This document shows positions 61,773 to 64,000 of a stretch of 64,000 nucleotides of DNA, piece after piece. Within the stretch, counting starts at the first letter, position 1. Each line of letters starts with the position of its first letter. This DNA is from Candidatus Nanopelagicales bacterium (lineage in GTDB: Bacteria > Actinomycetota > Actinomycetes > S36-B12), in contig JAQTZL010000002.1 of the NCBI GenBank assembly GCA_028687755.1, positions 148,459 to 212,458 of the forward strand, in the 5' to 3' direction. A program made the translations under genes and the position numbers. The notes beneath the pieces were generated by a model. It saw only the letters and a list, made by a program, of their open reading frames with translations. It was not told the origin of the DNA and ran no database searches.

Positions 61773-63402
61773 TCCGATTCGACTCGGCACGCGCGCCAGC
61801 CTTCTTGCTCGAACCCAATCAGCAACAGTGGGTAATGCGCTTGCTGCAATTACTCATCGCGAGTGGGAAGAAATCCTTATTCGCACTCCTGGTGATGACA
61901 CCACGACTTCGCTGAACCAACCTGGTAACCCAGGTTTGTTTGTTTCAACCTTGCGTCGCGCACTCATTGCTGGTGAAGTGGACGTGATCGTGCATTCATT
62001 CAAAGACTTACCAAGCGCACCTGAACCTGGCATCACGCTTGCAGCCGTGCCGCTTCGCGAGGATCCGCGCGACGTGTTGGTGTGTCGTGATGATTTGACC
62101 TTCGCAACCTTGCCACATGGTGCAAAGGTTGGCACGAGCTCGCCGCGTCGCGCTGCAATGTTGTTGGCGCAACGCCCAGACCTTCAGATCGAACCGATTC
62201 GCGGCAATATCGACACCCGCATGCGCAAAGCAATTGACGGCGACGTTGATGCGGTGGTATTGGCCTACGCCGGCATTGCGCGCATTGGTCGGACGGAAAT
62301 GATCAGCGAGATTCTTGATCCGCTAGAAGTAGTGCCTGCACCAGCTCAGGGCGCTCTTGCAATTGAATGTCGCTCAGGCGATGAGTTAGAAAGCTTCATA
62401 GCTCAACTACAAGATCCAGTCTCGCGCATCACCACTGCAGCAGAACGCGAAGTCCTGGTTGGTATCAATGCTGAATGCACCACAGCAATCGGCGCCTATG
62501 CAACCTTTGATGGTGCGCAGTTGGTGCTCACTGCAGAACTCTTTGATCGTGACGAACGGTCGAGAGTGCATCTGCGTGAATCACTGGCAGTAACCGATGT
62601 GATGCAAGCCAGAGCGATGGGCTTGCGTGCGGCGGCGGAGCTCCTTCGACCGAGTGAACATAAGCCCGTGTTGTTAGTGCGCGCGAGTGATAACGAAGCT
62701 GATGCGTCAGCGTTGAAGTCGCTGGGTATTTCGTCAATCACTGACTCCTATTTACACATGACTCAATCTGCATCGAGTGTTGATGCGAATCGCATGCTCG
62801 CCCAGTTGCGTGTCGGAGTCGATTGGTTTGTTGTGACGTCGCAAGTGGCGATACCAAGTTGGGCCAATTTGGTTGGTCGAGATGAACTTGCAACAGCATT
62901 CAAGGATGCAACTCAACGCGGCATGAAAATCGCAGTGGTTGGTGCAAAAACAGCCGAAACAGTTCGTGCACTCGGCGTTGACGTTGATCTCATTCCGCGC
63001 GAACCATCCGCTGCCGGCTTACTTAAGGAAATGCCTGACGGTGTTGGTTCAATTCTTTTTCCGCACGGCAGTATCGCCATGCGTGCACTTCCTGATGGCT
63101 TAAGTGCTAGTGGTGCAACAGTTCACGAAGGTGTTGTGTACGAAACAACAGTTGTCGCGCATGTGCCTGTATCGACTTTGTTGCTCGAACAAGATCACAT
63201 CGGCGCGCTGATTCTGCGCTCACCAAGTGCTGCACGCGCTGTGCATCAGAAATATGGCAGCGCTCCGCAAGTTCCTGTCGTCGTTTCCGGGCCAACAACA
63301 GCCGCTGCTGCAACTGAACTGGGTTTTCACGTCGCTGCGATCTCGGACTCGCCGGCTGCCGAAGACATGGCCGCAGCCATTCATCACGCTTTGAATTCAT
63401 AA
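61759..63402 (+). CDS. hemC: fused hydroxymethylbilane synthase / uroporphyrinogen-III synthase
   Basis: N-terminal half: IRLGTRASLLARTQS, GTSSPRRAAML and ECTTAIGAY (cofactor Cys). The C-terminal ~240 aa shows HemD-like repeats (VLLVRA..., IAVVGAKTAETVRALG, VVVSGPTTAAAATELG). ATG 61759 overlaps the hemA end by 14 nt. Confidence 0.85.
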   Translation: MPAANPIRLGTRASLLARTQSATVGNALAAITHREWEEILIRTPGDDTTTSLNQPGNPGLFVSTLRRALIAGEVDVIVHSFKDLPSAPEPGITLAAVPLREDPRDVLVCRDDLTFATLPHGAKVGTSSPRRAAMLLAQRPDLQIEPIRGNIDTRMRKAIDGDVDAVVLAYAGIARIGRTEMISEILDPLEVVPAPAQGALAIECRSGDELESFIAQLQDPVSRITTAAEREVLVGINAECTTAIGAYATFDGAQLVLTAELFDRDERSRVHLRESLAVTDVMQARAMGLRAAAELLRPSEHKPVLLVRASDNEADASALKSLGISSITDSYLHMTQSASSVDANRMLAQLRVGVDWFVVTSQVAIPSWANLVGRDELATAFKDATQRGMKIAVVGAKTAETVRALGVDVDLIPREPSAAGLLKEMPDGVGSILFPHGSIAMRALPDGLSASGATVHEGVVYETTVVAHVPVSTLLLEQDHIGALILRSPSAARAVHQKYGSAPQVPVVVSGPTTAAAATELGFHVAAISDSPAAEDMAAAIHHALNS

Positions 63403-63528
63403 GTTATCCACCGAGTCCGATTTTCCCGGATCTCATCCACAGATTCATTTTGCCCATAGCGATGGGTTCACCCTTTCTCGCACAGTTGCGCCATCGAGAA
63501 CACACTCGGTTCGCACCTTGGAGGATGT

Positions 63529-64000
63529 ATGCACGACATAACTTTGACGGTTGTTGGCAACGTAGTCAGCGATGTCTCACTTCGATTCAGTTCAGCAGGT
63601 GATCCGGTCGCCTCGTTCCGCATCGCTTGCACCCCACGTCGCTTTGATCGCACCACGGATCGGTGGATCGATAGCGATACGCATTACTTTGGCGTGAGCT
63701 GCTGGCGCGATATGGCACAAAACGTCGTTCAATCGGTTACCAAGGGGATGCCGGTGGTGGTGCACGGACGCTTGCGATCCCGTGAAGTGGAACGTGCTTG
63801 TGGCGATGCCAGCCACAAGATTCGTTACCAAGATATTGAAGCTCGCTCCGTTGGGCCAGACCTGACGCGGGGCGTTGCAGCCTTCACTCGAGTGAAGCGG
63901 CAGTCAGTAGTGGAAAGCGAAGAGCGACTCATTGCTGATCTGCAGGGCGCAGCCTTGGCACTTGCCGAGGTCGATGACATCCCGGAGGGCGTCGACCCGG
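63529..64000 (+). CDS. ssb: single-stranded DNA-binding protein paralog, 5' fragment (continues past the window)
   Basis: GGAGGA SD, then MHDITLTVVGNVVSDVSLRFSSAGDPVASFRIACTPRRFDRTTDRWIDSDTHYFGVSCWRDMAQNVVQSVTKGMPVVVHGRLRSRE, the OB-fold SSB pattern. Absent from the ORF track because there is no stop in the window. Confidence 0.7.
   Translation, partial: MHDITLTVVGNVVSDVSLRFSSAGDPVASFRIACTPRRFDRTTDRWIDSDTHYFGVSCWRDMAQNVVQSVTKGMPVVVHGRLRSREVERACGDASHKIRYQDIEARSVGPDLTRGVAAFTRVKRQSVVESEERLIADLQGAALALAEVDDIPEGVDP

Overview
This is a compact chromosomal segment, almost entirely coding, with about 75 genes and 3 tRNAs. It looks like Actinomycetota: it carries the coproporphyrin-dependent heme pathway with hemQ/chdC, a sirA-cysH-type sulfate reduction cluster, a CysO-like sulfur carrier, VKOR, F420-type luciferase-like (LLM) oxidoreductases, many 4-nt start/stop overlaps and several apparently leaderless starts. 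I saw no IS element, integrase, CRISPR array or rRNA.

Main blocks:
- 1-6.4 kb: housekeeping and miscellaneous genes (CysO 3' end, tRNA-Lys, secreted SGNH hydrolase, mmsA, VKOR).
- 6.4-22.1 kb: a 17-gene plus-strand catabolic cluster headed by an IclR regulator. It combines a Rieske alpha/beta oxygenase, a LigB-type extradiol dioxygenase, two C-C hydrolases and the hydratase/acetaldehyde dehydrogenase/aldolase lower pathway. It also holds two LimB-like LLM monooxygenases, an FMN reductase, an F420-type LLM, a CoA ligase and a cysteine-less thiolase-like protein paired with a DUF35 protein. This mosaic is the most likely place for undescribed biochemistry.
- 22-31 kb: SHOCT/DUF6325 pair, tRNA-His, orn, USP, plsC-like, and a GGDEF / AAA+ / VWA / LuxR run.
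- 31-41 kb: acyl-CoA metabolism, including a phosphotransferase-SDR-ACAD trio resembling lvaA/D/C and ACAD10/11, tandem pirins and an adjacent ACAD pair.
- 41-46 kb: sulfite reductase, APS/PAPS reductase and siroheme genes.
- 46-53 kb: secreted proteins of unknown function (META, DUF1996 with a 5 x 27-nt repeat), an amidohydrolase, VOC, an F420-type LLM and an atypical kinase-fold ORF.
- 53-63.4 kb: every step of coproporphyrin-dependent heme synthesis in two divergent units, including a hemC-hemD fusion.
- Right edge: an SSB-like partial gene.

All family calls come from motif recognition by eye. No database search was possible.
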